64,000 nt of DNA from Octopus vulgaris (GCA_951406725.2 OX597827.1:84258001-84322000), one strand, 5' to 3'; shown: positions 40,454 through 54,164, numbered from the stretch's first letter. Numbers and translations are program-made. The notes: generated by a model from the letters alone, not told the origin.

Positions 40454-40892
40454 ACGATCTCTTTAGTTTGTCTCACAGATTTTTTGATTATTATTTTTTA
40501 AGAGTTTGAAACTTTGTATACTGGTGTAATTTCTTACGCTGAATACGGTTTACTTTCAATATTTTAGGTAAAATTTCGTATTTAAGAAGTTATCTCGAGT
40601 TAAAGTTGTCATATTTGGGTAATTTTAACCAATCATCTTTCGGGTCATCTCTACTGAATGTTGCTTTTCGATTACTATCGCAACAGCAGTTTCTTCAGCT
40701 GAATATACGTCGCTGATTATTTAAAATGACCCAAATACAACAACTGTATTACGAAATAACTTCTAAAATACGAAATTTTGTCAAAGCTGTTAAAAGTAAA
40801 CCGTGTTCAGCGTGAGAAATTACACCAGTAAACGAAGTCTCAAACTGTTTAGTTTCAAAGAAAAAATCTGTGAGCCAAACTGAAGAGATCCC
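40454..40892. mobile_element. MITE with TIRs of about 175 bp, GATC-containing termini and a 6-bp TSD
   Basis: Left acGATCTCTTTAGTTTGTCTCACAGATTTTT and right AAAAATCTGTGAGCCAAACTGAAGAGATCCC. The inner arms also pair (tactggtgtaatttcttacgctgaatacggtttacttt / aaagtaaaccgtgttcagcgtgagaaattacaccagta). ATTTAT occurs at 40448-40453 and 40893-40898. Confidence 0.85.
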
Positions 40893-41684
40893 ATTTATGT
40901 CCCCAATTACGACTTTTCTAGTTCATCCGTCGACAGTCCAAAGCAGTAAAATAAAATGTCCCCCATATTGGGTTGAAAGTATTTTTTAAAATTTAGGTAT
41001 TTGATATCACATTAGATACAGGAAACGGAACATGGAATTTTGCTTTCTTAGATCTAGCAGAAACTGGAGAGGTCACGGTTAATACAGCCACAACGACATC
41101 TGGCATCTCAAGTCCAAAACTGGAAGACGACCACATCGAGGGATCCACATGCCACGAAATTGCCTGGAAATAGAGAAAGTGGATTGAATAGTGTGAATTA
41201 TACTTGTGTGTTTACATGTGAATATGTAGTATGTATATGTATATGCATGAGTGTGTATGTGTGTATATATACACGCGCGCGCAACCAAATCCGCCCTCCT
41301 ACCGCCACTGTTGATTAGTTATTTTTCACCTGTCGATTGTGTTGTTTCGTTTATCTCGTACTCCTCTTCCCCCTCCTCCTCTGGCCTCATTCATTCCCAT
41401 CAGTCATCATCTCCTCCCATCTCTTATCCTAGGGTAATCAACCACCACCACCATCACCACCATCTACTAAAACAGCCAACAACTGACGAAGAGTCGTTCT
41501 TTATGTTACTTGTTTTGTTTTCCATTTGTTTCTTTCGATGTTCGCAAAAAAAGTTCGTATTCCATGTTTTCGTATCTCGTATTTCCTGTTGTTTACGTTT
41601 TATGACGTACTGTACTCATACATGCATATGTATATGTATATACATATACATATATGTAAGTATGTACATATATGTATGTATATA

Positions 41685-41719
<35 letters not shown>

Positions 41720-41760
41720 TATAATAAATATATTATTTATATTATAAATATATATATTAT

Positions 41761-41878
<118 letters not shown>

Positions 41879-42088
41879 GTTGTGGATTAACCTGATAATA
41901 ATATACCTGAGTGTAATGAAATATCGTTAAAGCTCATTGACTTGTTAAGCTACCCTGAATATTCACGTCAACTTAAACCACCCTTAATTCTCTTTTATCT
42001 AGAATCTTGCATTACTGGAAGGAGGGAATGGAGAGGAATACAATAAACCGGCCACCCTCCCCATCTGTGTGTGTGTGTGTGTGAGGTT

Positions 42089-42285
42089 ATTTCAATCACT
42101 GGATGCGGCCATGCTGGGGCGCTGCCTCGATGGGCTCAGTCGAACAAATCGATCCCAGTTCTAGATTTTGACTCTCGTATTTATTCTATTCTTTTTTTTT
42201 CTTTCCGAATCGCTGTAACAGTAAGGTAAATAAACCAACCCCGTGTGAAGCGGTGGTGAGGAACAAACACAACACACACACACGC

Positions 42286-42365
<80 letters not shown>

Positions 42366-42620
42366 ACACACACACAAGCATACACCCCCACATAATGCGA
42401 CGGGCTTCTTTCAGCTTCCATGTACCAAATGCACTCTTGACGTCAGCCCTGGGATATAGTAGAAGACCCTTACTCAAGGTGCCACTCAGTGGGACTGAGC
42501 CCTACGTGGTGGGAAAGAAAGTTTCTTATTTCTTTATTGCCCACAAGGGGCGAAACACAGAGGATACAAACAAGGGCAGACAAACGGATTAAATCGATTA
42601 TATCGATCCCAGTGCGTAAC
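42089..42620 (-). mobile_element. SINE family A (42089-42517) abutting a family B variant tail (42520-42620)
   Basis: gcggccatgctggggc, cgacgggcttctttcagcttcc and cagtgggactgagccc are followed by ttctttattgcccacaagggg...caaacggattaaatcgattatatcgatcccagtgcgtaac, which matches the inverse of 52620-52710. Confidence 0.75.
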
Positions 42621-43562
42621 ACACCACTCCGCATCACTCGGCATTTTTGCACATTCCATCATACAATGCTATTTCACATTGCACAACGCCAAACCCTTCC
42701 ACACTCCACTTTGTGCGCTTCTATGTGGTTGCTCGACCTGCAAGAAATAGCAGCTAAATCTCCCTCAAATCAAACTCTGATTTGTTAGGGTGGCCTCGGT
42801 GAGGAACTAAGTACCCCTTAGGATCAGTGAACGTTGTAGTAGAGGGTAGAAGTAGAACGAGGTGATAAAGAGCTGACATGTGTAGTTGAGAGGTGGAAGT
42901 GAGTTATGGAAGGGATCTGAGAGGGGAGAGCGTTGTGATGGTGTGTGGGCATCGTCAGGGTAGCAGTAAAAGGGGTTAGGGGGTTGCGGAAGAGGAGGAG
43001 GGAACAAATGCACCATGGCATGCATAATTAATATCGTGGGTCAGAGACAGTCTCTTCAGTGCAACCACCACCACCGCCAGACGATCAACGCTTCCCCATG
43101 CACGCCTGTCGCAACACCATCACACAATCGCAGCGCCTTCATACAACTACTACCCCATACCCACCACCCCACCGCTACCATAACCAAAACCACCTCCACC
43201 ACCATCAACGCTACCACTACACCTTGTGTAATTCCTCAAACTTTAGATTATTTTAGTTTCAATTGTAAAAGTTTCGGATTAAATTTGACATCTCTTGTTT
43301 AGAGTTTAACTATGACACACATTAACCATCATGCGCGCGCACACACAGATGAACGCACGCATATACATCAACACACACATATGTACATCAGCACACACAT
43401 ACACATATGTAGTAAATGAAAATAAATGAGCAAAAATAAAATCTCCATAAAACATAAAACAAAACAGGAGTTTATGTAATATTTAGTTACATCATCTTAC
43501 GCGTATTTCATTAATAGTGTTGTATCAGCTGCAACAACATTGTCGTCTTCCCAGTATGAATA

Positions 43563-44050
43563 CACTCGTCACTCGCCATATCACGGTTCACTTATCACGC
43601 CCTCAGTACATTGCGGATTTTTCTGGTTAATCTATGTAAATTTATATCGCGGACTCCTTAGTATATCGCAGGTTTCTGCGGCCGATAGGTATTTATATTT
43701 TTTTAGATTTTAATTATTTCTTTGGTAAAAGAAGTATTTCCACGCCTAAAATTTCACAAATTAATAAATAAGTGTACAGTACAGTCCTGCACTGTATAAC
43801 ACATTAATTAAAATATATTAAAAGAAGATACGTAGTGTGCCGTAAATTAGGAAACAAAGAAACGCACATACTGCATGGAAAACGAAACTCGGGAGGCGGG
43901 TGTGTGGTATTGCATTTATAATAAAATAAATATATACAAATTATAAAAATAAAAGAAAATTTACAGTACAGTACTATTTCTACTTCGCGGATTTTCACCT
44001 ATCGTGGGAAGTTTTGAAACGTAACAACCGCGATAGTCGAGGTACTACTT
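43563..44050. mobile_element. Tigger/pogo-like MITE
   Basis: TA-flanked decayed TIRs CACTCGTCACTCGCCATATCACGGTT ... AACCGCGATAGTCGAGGTACTACTT; internal tcgcggatttt subrepeats and TACAG runs typical of Tigger derivatives. Confidence 0.7.
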
Positions 44051-44260
44051 TACTGAAGATTATTTATCTGATTTATGCAATCTCTGAAGACTTAATCAGA
44101 TTGAAAGATTTTCCTTATAAACTTACATTTATTCATTGTTAATGAAAATAGCATAAGATGATGTAAGTAAATATATAAACAAACTCTCTTGTTTTTCTAT
44201 ATGTATTCTGTGACCTACACAGCTGTAGATTACACACACACACACGCGCGTGTGCACTCA

Positions 44261-45443
44261 TGGTAGTTGTGATGAAAGTAATGCAAAGGTGGGCATGACT
44301 TTTTTTATTGATCTAAGTCTTTCAAATTACACATTTTGGCAGAATAACTCTTTCTCTAAAGGCGTTTACTCAACGTGGTCTTCGATACAATCGATATACT
44401 TGCGCCATTATTGAAACCAGTTCTGAAATCCTCTTCGAAAAAATTCAGGTGATCATTGGATGAAACCGTCTTCGTCAATTTTTACCTCAGCCGTATCATC
44501 AAATCGTTGTCCTCTAAGACTTTGCTTCATTGGACCAAACAAGTTGAATCCAGAATGTGACAGACCCGGAATGTACGTTGGATGCAGGACTATTGATCAG
44601 CCTAATTTGTTCCCAAAGATGGATGAGGTCACGCAGTGTCTTTTCGCTGAATGGAGGTTGCTATCAGATTCTTGTTTGGCCTCTTCCTCTCTAAGCCTTT
44701 TCTGTGTTTCAGTTTACTACTTACTGTTTACGGTACAGCCGCATTTCAGAAAATCAAGGAGAATGATGTCCTCCTTGCCATTCCCCAAAACAGTCACCAT
44801 GATGACTTCCTGTGTTGATCACTGGCTCTTGAGTTTCTTAAAAGGTCTTGGAGAAGAAGTTTGACGTCATCCCATAGACTGAAACTTCGTTTCCGGATCA
44901 TAAAAACCGCTTACTTTTCATCCCCTGTCACCCGATCGAAAAAATGTCTTCGTTGCCATCAAATGTTTCCAGCAGATCAGATCCGATTTCTGCCATTCTC
45001 TCTTTCAAATCGTGTACACACTTTGTAGAGATACCTGCTTTGCACAGACTTACCTATACCGTCTTTTGTGATACATTGTGACCACGGTCACGTTGTGCAG
45101 CAAGTACACGAATTGTGATTTGTCTGGTGATTCGGGTCAACAGTCACATCTAATGGCCTCACACTGTGCTTTCTCATTCTTTAAACTTCTTCATTCCTCC
45201 ATGCACATTACTCTTGATATAACCTGTGAAATTTGTAACCTTTTGTGGATGTCGGGCAGACTGCTGCCTTCTTTCATCAACAACTCAGTAACATGTTGCC
45301 TCAACCTGCATCCTGTTATTTGCTTGCGACGATGAAGAACAAGAACAAGAGTCACTCTACACACGAGTGCAATTTTAAACGATCTCAGTTAAGGAAAAAA
45401 GTTATGCCCCTCCTCTTCTGCATTACTTTCGGCACAAACCTCG
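44261..45443 (-). mobile_element. Decayed near full-length mariner element
   Basis: TIRs tggtagttgtgatgaaagtaatgc / gcattactttcggcacaaacctcg|ta. The minus strand gives HPTYIPGLSHSGFNLFGPMKQSLRGQRFD (YSPDLAPSDF-like) and WRKYIDCIEDHVE. Confidence 0.85.
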
Positions 45444-45544
45444 TAAGTTTGAAGTCCGTTAATAATAGTAGCAATAATAATAATAATAATAATAATTATA
45501 ATAATTATAATAATAATAATAATAGATAATGAAAATAATAATAA

Positions 45545-45576
<32 letters not shown>

Positions 45577-47846
45577 GATATATAAATGTTGGTCTTATAT
45601 CTTTAGAAGGAAAGCGTATGAGGGGTATGAGGGTGCTTGTGAGACGTAAATTTATGTCTGAAGTAAACTGGGTTAGAATTATTAATTATAACGACCGGCA
45701 TCTAATTTGTAAGATGTTATACATTAATTGTTACAGTATGTCAATAATTAATTAGTTAAGTAGAATGATGCTTAATAAATAATATATAAAAGCATTATAT
45801 TATATTTTATATAATAAATAAATATTAAAAAAGATATATATAGCAATATGTAAAGTTTAGCTATACTGAAGAGTTAATAAAGTAGGGAATATTAGGGCAG
45901 TTGGGTAATTAATGGTTGATAATTATATTTATAATTATTTCAGTCTTAAGTTTTAATACTTTCTTGGTTAATTACAAGAAAACATTACGGCAGGAGATTT
46001 GTGTGAAACGTCAGGTAAGTGGAAAAATAGAAACCATTTGGGACGAAATGCTGTCGTTGAGTGTGTGATTTCAAAGTTCAGTAAATAGTGAATATACGAG
46101 GGTTATCGAAGGTGTTGGGGGTAAAGGCGTAAAAATGATTGATTAGGTTAGAAAATATGGCTTTCAAAGAATAATTTGAATATAAAGCATAAGAGGTGGG
46201 TGGGTGGGTGAGAGATTAGAACTCAGAATAACTTCACTGAAGGAGTTCTTAGAGAATTAGGGTCCTTGATTATATCTCGACATACCTCAAATAAAGCAAA
46301 AATTAATTGTCGTAAATTTTCAATTAAAACAATTATAACTAATCAACGAAAGAAGTTTAAAAACTGGAGCTAGAGGGAAGATTAGTATGTACCCAAACTT
46401 TGAATAGAGTCTTCGAGATATATTAATTATTGTAGAGATTATTAGAAGAGATTAATTAATTTTACATAAGTACCGCCACTTTCCCTTTACACTCAGTGTG
46501 CAAACAAAATCGTAAATTTTTTTACCGTTTTTAATTATCACAAAATTTACCAAATAATTCATTTTCCCTTCAATTAATTGTTTTTATTCAGAATAATTGC
46601 AGAATGTGGCAAACTTTCGCTGACGTACTTTTGCATTTCCTTGCCCAAACCACAAGACTAAAGGCGTGTTGCCCAGTGGTTAGGGTGCTGCACTCACGAT
46701 CTCACGATCGAGGTTTCGATTCTCAGACCAGCTGCACGTTCTGTTTTTGATGTCGGAGGGACCCTCACCAGCGGGCAGACGACCATGCGGAAGTAGATGG
46801 ATGCTACAGAATGTCCTTTTAAGATCAGATTTAACTTTCATAAGTCTTCCTTTAATATCGAAGAGAGGTGAAATATCACAGCCCTGGTTAGACATGCAAT
46901 GGTTGCCGAAGGAAAGTGCTAAGTGTTGGACAAGTGAAAGCTTTACTTCAATAGCTGTAGGAAGTGCTATCGGCTCCAGTGTTTGACTGGTTCTTTATTT
47001 TATCGATCCCAGAGGGTTGAAAAGCAAAGGGATTTGAACTCAGACGTAAAGAACCGAACCAAATACCAGAAATCATTATCTCCGACGTTCTTAACGATTC
47101 TGCCAGTTTGTCGTCTTGTTTTTCATAACACATTTTTTTTACAAAACTGTTACGCTACTGCCGTAATGCTTTCCGTGTCTTATTCAGCGTGGTCTGCGTC
47201 CCTTTATACCTACCTCCCTACCTACCTACCTACCTACCTACCTACCTACCTACCTACCTACCTACCTTCCTACCTACCTACTTACCTACCTGCTTGCCTG
47301 CCAGCCTGCCTGCTTGCCTGCATGTCTGTCTGTCTGTCTGTCTATCTGTCTGTCTGTCTGTCTGTCTATCTGTCTGTCTGTCTGTCTGTCGATCGATCGA
47401 TCGATCAGTCAATCTATCAAGCAAGTAAGCAATCAATCAATCTATCTATCTGTCTATCTGTCTATCTATCTATCTATCAACGGATTAATTGTGGGTGAAG
47501 GATCCTAGGGTTACCCGTTCGTCTGAGGAATTGAGGCCGAGCTGAGTAAATCTATTTAATAATAATGATTCAATGTCGATGGTCCTATTGAATCGGGAGA
47601 TACCACTTGTTCACACAACTGGTAAGGTCTACTTTACTAGTGAGGGTGAGAGTGGGCGATCTATTGTCTAAAGATCGGGGTATCAAGTGGTGGTAAGGGC
47701 GAAAAGGGAAGAAAGAAAGGTGGCTGTGGGAGAGGTTTGAAACCCGATCCCCATGTTTGGCAGATTTGTTCAGTCGTCTGTGACAAAATAAGTCTTGGCA
47801 TCGAAACTTGGCAACATCGGTGAATCATTAAATACAACAACCTACT

Positions 47847-47918
<72 letters not shown>

Positions 47919-48246
47919 TACACATACACACACACACGTACATACACATACATACACACATGCATACACACACAAATCCACACGCTCAATATATACACCA
48001 ATGCACATATATAAACAAAGGCACTAAACATTGGTGTATATACAATCTACACACATGCATGTACGTCAATATACACCCACGTTTGTTCTAACAAGGTCTC
48101 AACGAGACATCTAAGGACGATGGGTGGATGTGTGAGTGGGGGGGGGGATTAATGAAAAAAATTCTGACGACTGAAACAAATTTGAAAGTAACTGAAGTCG
48201 ACATGTGTGCGTGTACATATCGACTGTACACACACGCACATCTATA

Positions 48247-48279
<33 letters not shown>

Positions 48280-48330
48280 TTGTGTGTGCGTATACATGTA
48301 TGTATGTTTGTATGTATGTATGTATGTATG

Positions 48331-48376
<46 letters not shown>

Positions 48377-48535
48377 CAAACATATACACACATATGCACA
48401 TCTACACACATGTATGCATACACATACGTATGTATGTCGACTTTAGTCACTTACAAATTCTCTCCCTCTCTTTTTCTGTGCAAGTATGTATGTATGTATG
48501 TATGTATGTATGTATGTATGTGCGTGTGCGTGTGC

Positions 48536-48571
<36 letters not shown>

Positions 48572-48612
48572 ATGTATGTATGTATGTATGTATGTTTGTA
48601 TGTATGTATGTA

Positions 48613-48649
<37 letters not shown>

Positions 48650-48789
48650 ATGTATGCACACTCACTCACACTTACACAGCCCCCCCTTTTTTAAAGTCAA
48701 ATAGAATAAATAAGTTTTAACGGAATTTATTTCCCTGGCTTCTAATGGCGCCGACTTCTTGAATTCCCTGCAAGCATCACTTCTACTCG

Positions 48790-49300
48790 GCCCTTGCAAC
48801 GATGCAAGGGGTTCAAATTGTTGTGTTCCTCAGTTGGCAGCTCGTGAAGTGTTCCACAATACAGTAAGTATCTAAAACATTGAACAACATGGCTACCAGG
48901 AAACGATCGGTGGACAGTTTGGAAAGATAAGATGACGGTCCGAAAATACAGCAGGAGAAGTATGGAAGTTTCTCATGAAAAGAAATGTCGTTATGTTGTC
49001 GTGTCACGAATGGATCAGACATCATCCAACAGCGTCGCATTTGATGACCACTTATAACAATAGGGCCCAAGATCCATAGCTTAGTGCCATACAGGAGTTG
49101 GTATCGGCTGGGAAGTTGATTGAAAGGAGTTACAGCGTATCCGAACTTCAGTGTTTAGATCCGCTTTACTTCTTATATTTACTTCTCACATCCTACCACC
49201 AGTAAAACTAAAGATAGAATGGCCTGGGACCAACAACATGTAGGTTTCTGCATGTCCAGAGATCTTTGTTTGATTGCCCATACAAACCTGAAAGGCCCAA
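48790..49300 (-). mobile_element. Possible decayed RTE LINE fragment
   Basis: Minus-strand LLYGTKLWIL resembles RTE LLYGxETWTL; otherwise heavily decayed. Confidence 0.4.
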
Positions 49301-49429
49301 TGTACGCCTTTCAGCCAGGTTTACCGCAATCAGTCATGACATGAGTCAACCCATACTTGATAAATTTGTAGCTATTGAAAGAAGGAACGATAAACAGACG
49401 CTAGATGAGGAGGGACCAGTTATGGCAAA

Positions 49430-49840
49430 AAAGCAGACACTACAGAAGAACGAACGGGGCTTTAATATAATCCCACTTCTACTTAACCGTTATACTTTAC
49501 CTAACAAACACAACCCACACGCCATTTCTTTTGCTGTTTCCTTCCCCTTTAGTCCAATCTTCTTTGCAATTTAAGTTTCTCTTTTACTTTCGTCCGCCAT
49601 TTTCCTTCTTAACTCTACATATGTAAACACTTCCGGTTTTTCACCCTCTTCATCACAATTATTTTCTTCTTAGACGTGAACGATGTCCATTTCCCTGGAT
49701 ACCGTTCACGAGCCTTTAAGCCTTTTACAAATTTCTCTGACCCCTCATTATAGAATTCAAGTAATTTTCTCGCATTTTCGGATATTAACTTAAAATCAGT
49801 TTGTTTCGTAGCTGCATCCCCGAAAAATAACTTTTCCACC
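49430..49840 (-). mobile_element. Possible decayed Penelope-like GIY-YIG C-terminus
   Basis: EFYNEGSE...RERY...TSF, then ACGLCLLGKV*RLSRSGIILKPRSFFCKC, resembling the PLE terminal CxLCLxEK...LNxRSExxxKC. Confidence 0.5.
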
Positions 49841-49862
49841 TCTGCATACTTTTTATTTTATA

Positions 49863-49934
<72 letters not shown>

Positions 49935-50380
49935 CGTCCATAGCACTTTTCATTTTGCTCTTGGCATCGCGTCTGCTTCAGCGATATCTTTATTGCTAAA
50001 CTCTCGCACACACACTCTTTCACACGAACACACCCACCAACCAAGGCCCGCATACTTCCATATCTACACACACACACACTCACGCCCCTCTCTTATGACC
50101 CCTTCTAGACACAGATACCTTCGTAGATATGCATCTACACAACCACCCCTTCTTCCCGTCTTAACTTTCTCCCACACAACAGTATTTCCCTCCTGTGTTT
50201 TTAACCCTTTCCCTTCATCCTGTATAATTTCTCACTATTTTCGTTTATCGAATTCACTATTGCCCTTTCGCAATGTCTCTCTGTTCCCCTCTTTTCTTAC
50301 GGTGAATGCTTTCACATCCGAAGCGTCGAGACACTCTGTTACAAATAACTTACTTGTTCTTTCTGTGTAGACTATATATA

Positions 50381-50449
<69 letters not shown>

Positions 50450-50504
50450 ATATACATGCATGTTTGCGAGTATATATTTCCTTTTATCTTTTACTTATTT
50501 GTCA

Positions 50505-51024
50505 CTAGCTTAAAAGTCGCCCTATCGGGCCTCTCTGAAGCTGGTTTATAGCTTTTAAGCAACTGACCCTGAATGGGAAAATCTGCAAACAGGTCTCTGA
50601 CTTTCCTCCAGTCATATCCCAATCATGATAATATTCATCGCAAAAGATCATGTAAAAAAAAATCGCCAAAACAATTGCAGTAATGAAAACTTGGGAATCC
50701 AAAATTTCCGGATTGCAAGTCTGGATTCGGTCTGGAATGTTTTTAATTTACTCACAGAATTAGCCTTTAGATTATAACATTTATTATCATACAAAAAAAA
50801 ATTTTGTCACAAAAAGTCACGTAAAAATATAACCGAAAACAATCACAGTAATGAAGACTTGGGAATCCAAAATTTCAGGATTGTGGGTCCGGATTTGGCC
50901 TGGAATCTTTTTAATTTACTCAAGGAGTCAGCCTAATTCCAAAATGGCATGTTATGTTCGGTTATAGCCTCTAGGAGTAAAGTTGAAAAAGTGTGACACA
51001 CTGACATCCACATTTATTATATTA
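50505..51024 (-). mobile_element. Non-autonomous Helitron-like element 1
   Basis: Minus-strand 3' end has hairpin GCCC-GATA-GGGC, 10 nt, then CTAG|T. There is an internal ~100-bp duplication (50667-50766 / 50836-50934). The 5' region reads TAATATAATAAATGTGGATGTC. Confidence 0.65.
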
Positions 51025-51422
51025 CTAGCAGTATCGCCCAGCGTTGCTCGGGTTTGTAAGGGAAATAACTATATAAGCATTTTTAGAGAGTTATAGCCAA
51101 AAAATAGGAAAAAAATGCATTAAAAATGGAAAAAAAATTAAGGTAAATTTTTTTTTAAATCGTTGACACATCGTAGATATTTTTAGAGAGTTACTTCCCT
51201 TATATAATAGCGAAAAAAATGCATTAAAATGGAAAAATATGATGATAAATTTTTTTTAAATCGTAGACTCATCGTAGACGCGCGCTAATACCCAGAAAGG
51301 CTCGATATGACTCACGACTATAAGATACCCGGTTTTGGTTACACTGCACCGCAAAATGTGGGAGTAGTTACGAATCTAAATCGTAGGAGACAGACACACA
51401 ACTTCAGTTTTATATATAAAGA
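51025..51422 (-). mobile_element. Complete non-autonomous Helitron 2
   Basis: Minus strand A|TCTTTATATATAAAACTGAAGTTGTGTGTCTGTC ... CCCGAGCAACGCTGGG hairpin, CGATACTG, CTAG|T. It has the 5' TC, the 3' CTAG, an A|T insertion site and no TSD. Confidence 0.9.
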
Positions 51423-51534
51423 TATAAGTCATGTAGTTATATACACATACTTTGTTATATACACATTCTTAAAAGAAAATGTTATTTTGAACACAACATT
51501 TATAAAGAATAAAATATTTTTTGGTTTTTCTTAA

Positions 51535-52200
51535 CCCTTTCGTTACTATATTTCTGACCAAAATACACCCCTTATGTGTTTCAATTATTTTCTAACGTAA
51601 TCATAAATTTAGTCTGGTTTCATTAAACAACAATAACTTTTTTATTTATCAATATATTAATGTGATTTTTGGAAGATAATTTAATGAAATGTTCTCAACC
51701 AATTCTATACTATAATTTTTGTCACAAAGTGACTCTAATTGCAGGTAGATACAGGTAAATTCAACAATATATAAAATTATTAAAATTTTGTTCAAACATC
51801 GCTATAGAAAATGGGTTATTAGCTAATATTCAGTTGGGTATACAACAAAATTTTACGATAGAATTTGTTATTCTGGGTAACTTTCTGATACCCATAATAA
51901 TATTTATGGCAAAATAGGCCTTAATTTCATTTAAGGTTGTGGGAAATAACAAACTATCCTTTCTTTCGTTTTGTTTACATTTTAGCGTAACAGTTCGTTT
52001 CCGCCGTAATGATTTCAAATAGGCTTATTCGAAAAAGTAAAAAGAAATAGTTTAAGGCTTTATACTCTTCTGGGAAAGTCTGTGGCTTGGTGCAGTTTCT
52101 TCAGAAAAATCACCGAAAGAAACAGTTTTTAAATTTTCACTCCATTCAGGTGCCAATTCATTTTCTTAATCGCTGTCGGATTCACTGTTTTCACTTTAAT
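51535..52200 (-). mobile_element. piggyBac remnant (one terminus plus transposase N-terminal fragment)
   Basis: TTAA|CCCTTTCGTTAC terminus at 51531. The minus strand gives acidic ESDSD..., FGDFSEETAP and PTTLNEIKAYFAINIIMGIRKLPRI (PGBD-type motif). Confidence 0.85.
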
Positions 52201-52284
52201 CGTTGCAAACTTGCAAAGAGAAAGGAGAAATTAGAGTGATAGCGTCAGTGAAACAGTTCGCTCCGTTTGTGTGTGTGTGCGTTT

Positions 52285-52514
52285 GCGTGTGCTGTAGCCC
52301 ACACTAAGAAAAGCATTTGACATATACACCACAATGTGAGTTTTCTCTAAATTTTGCTTAATTGGGGTTGAAATTTTAAAAACTGGACCTGGCACGACCC
52401 GATGCATTCTACTCTTAAAAATGCTAGGTAAATTGTAATTGAAGAAATCCTATATTGTAGATTTCTATAAGATACAAAGGGAGACAGATAAAATCTGCCT
52501 TTTATAATAAGAGA
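52285..52514 (-). mobile_element. Helitron-like 5' fragment 3
   Basis: The minus strand begins TCTCTTATTATAAAAGGCAGATTTTATCTGTCT, the same style of 5' end as Helitron 2. No 3' end found. Confidence 0.5.
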
Positions 52515-52830
52515 GGGTAGTAAAGAAATAGGTATTTCGTCTGCCGTTACGTTCTGAGTTCAAATTCCGCCGAGGTCAACTTTGCCTTTCATCCTTTCGG
52601 GGTCGATAAATTAAGTACTAGTTACACACTGGGGTCGATGTAATCGACTTAATCCGTTTGTCTGTCCTTGTTTGTCCCTTCTGTGTTTAGCCCCTTGTGG
52701 GTAGTAATGAAATAGGTATTTCGTCAACCGTTAGGTTCTAAGTTCGAATTCCGCCGAGGCCGACTCTTCCTTTCGGGGTCGATAAAATTAGTACCAGTTA
52801 CGTACTACGACTTAATCCCTTCCCTTAAAA
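52515..52830 (+). mobile_element. Head-to-tail tandem of an A-box-less SINE family B variant (period 184 bp)
   Basis: gggtagtaa(a/t)gaaataggtatttcgtc at 52515 and 52699, each followed by a B box and the family B core. Confidence 0.85.
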
Positions 52831-53737
52831 TTATTGTGCATTATCTCCCTCTTTCTCTCACATACCCTCTCTTTTATAATTACTCCCACTGCCACCATCA
52901 ACACTACTACTTTTAATAAAACATCATTAACTCTCCCTAAATTTCTTTGTCTCTCTTTTTCTCCCTCCCTCGCTCCCCCTCTATCTGTCTTAGCCACCGC
53001 CCTCACCGTCTCTACTATTACTCTCACCACATCATGAAGGATAGCAGGAGTGTCATTAAATGGTGAGAGCGGGGATCTATGTGTGACACACTGACACACA
53101 AATTAGTTTTCGCATATTAGATTGGAGTAGGGCACCGCCTTGAAGCGTGTAGACAAACAAGTCAACAACTCCAATACAGACGTTTAAGTCTCGTACCTAT
53201 TCTATCGGTTTCTGTTATCCGGACTGCTAAGTTACGGAACGTAAAGAGACCAACACTGATTGTTAAGCGGTGGAAGAAACAAAAACATCACAGCGCACGC
53301 GCGTATACACAGTTACATACGGATGATGTCCCTTGTAGTTCCGTCTTCGAAATTCGCTGAAATGGCATTGGTGGAGCCGAAGCTGCAGGAAATTACCAAT
53401 TGCCCATTGTGCTGCTGCACAGCGGAACTGAACCCGAAACCTAACGGTTGCAAAGTGAATCCTGGAAATCCATATCTGAGGGAAGTAGGTAAGACGTATA
53501 ATGCCATGTGGTACAGCTGCCCCTCGACCCCCCGACAACTCACAGGCGGTGGCGGTGGGGTTGGGCAGAAATGATGATTGAATGTTAAAAAGAAAAAAGC
53601 AACAAAATACGCGAGTAAAGTAAAAAAAAACCCAAAACAAACGGTCTGAAACGACATATTAAATATATCACATTTATTGGTGTGTAGGATTTGAGATACT
53701 TATACACACCGGTAAACACATACATTCATGCATACAT

Positions 53738-53803
<66 letters not shown>

Positions 53804-53974
53804 AAGAGAGAAAGAGAAGGGGGGAAAGAAAGAGAGAAAGAAGGCGATAAAGAAAGAAAAGCTTATAAATATAACTGCTGATGTAAGTATGACACATACA
53901 CGATTCTACACATATATATGTATTTGTTTATGTATATTATGTGTGAATATATATGTATATCACAAATACAATTT

Positions 53975-54012
<38 letters not shown>

Positions 54013-54164
54013 GTTTCCCAAATCTTCATAATTCCGTATTTATTCCTTGTTGCTGCTGATATTGCCGATTGCCGGTGACGTCTTGATGAATTCTTTCGAT
54101 CCTGTTGCACTCAAAGTTGAAGGTCACGACATCAATAGTGTATTTATTTGAGATTATATACAAA

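Noticed and set aside
46235-46295. ctgaagga...ctcgacatacctca hammerhead-like remnant; also CUGANGA hits near 12245, 14838, 31543, 32459, 33557, 41483 and 60999
   Set aside because: No correctly placed GAAA with pairable helices II and III.
46740-46940. Possible RTE C-terminal fragment (GPSPAGRRPCG); a similar weak hit at about 56100-56300 on the minus strand
   Set aside because: Similarity too weak to list as features without a profile search.
50667-50934. Repeat-spacer-repeat pattern considered as CRISPR-like
   Set aside because: Only two diverged units of about 100 bp inside a Helitron-like element, in eukaryotic DNA with no cas genes.
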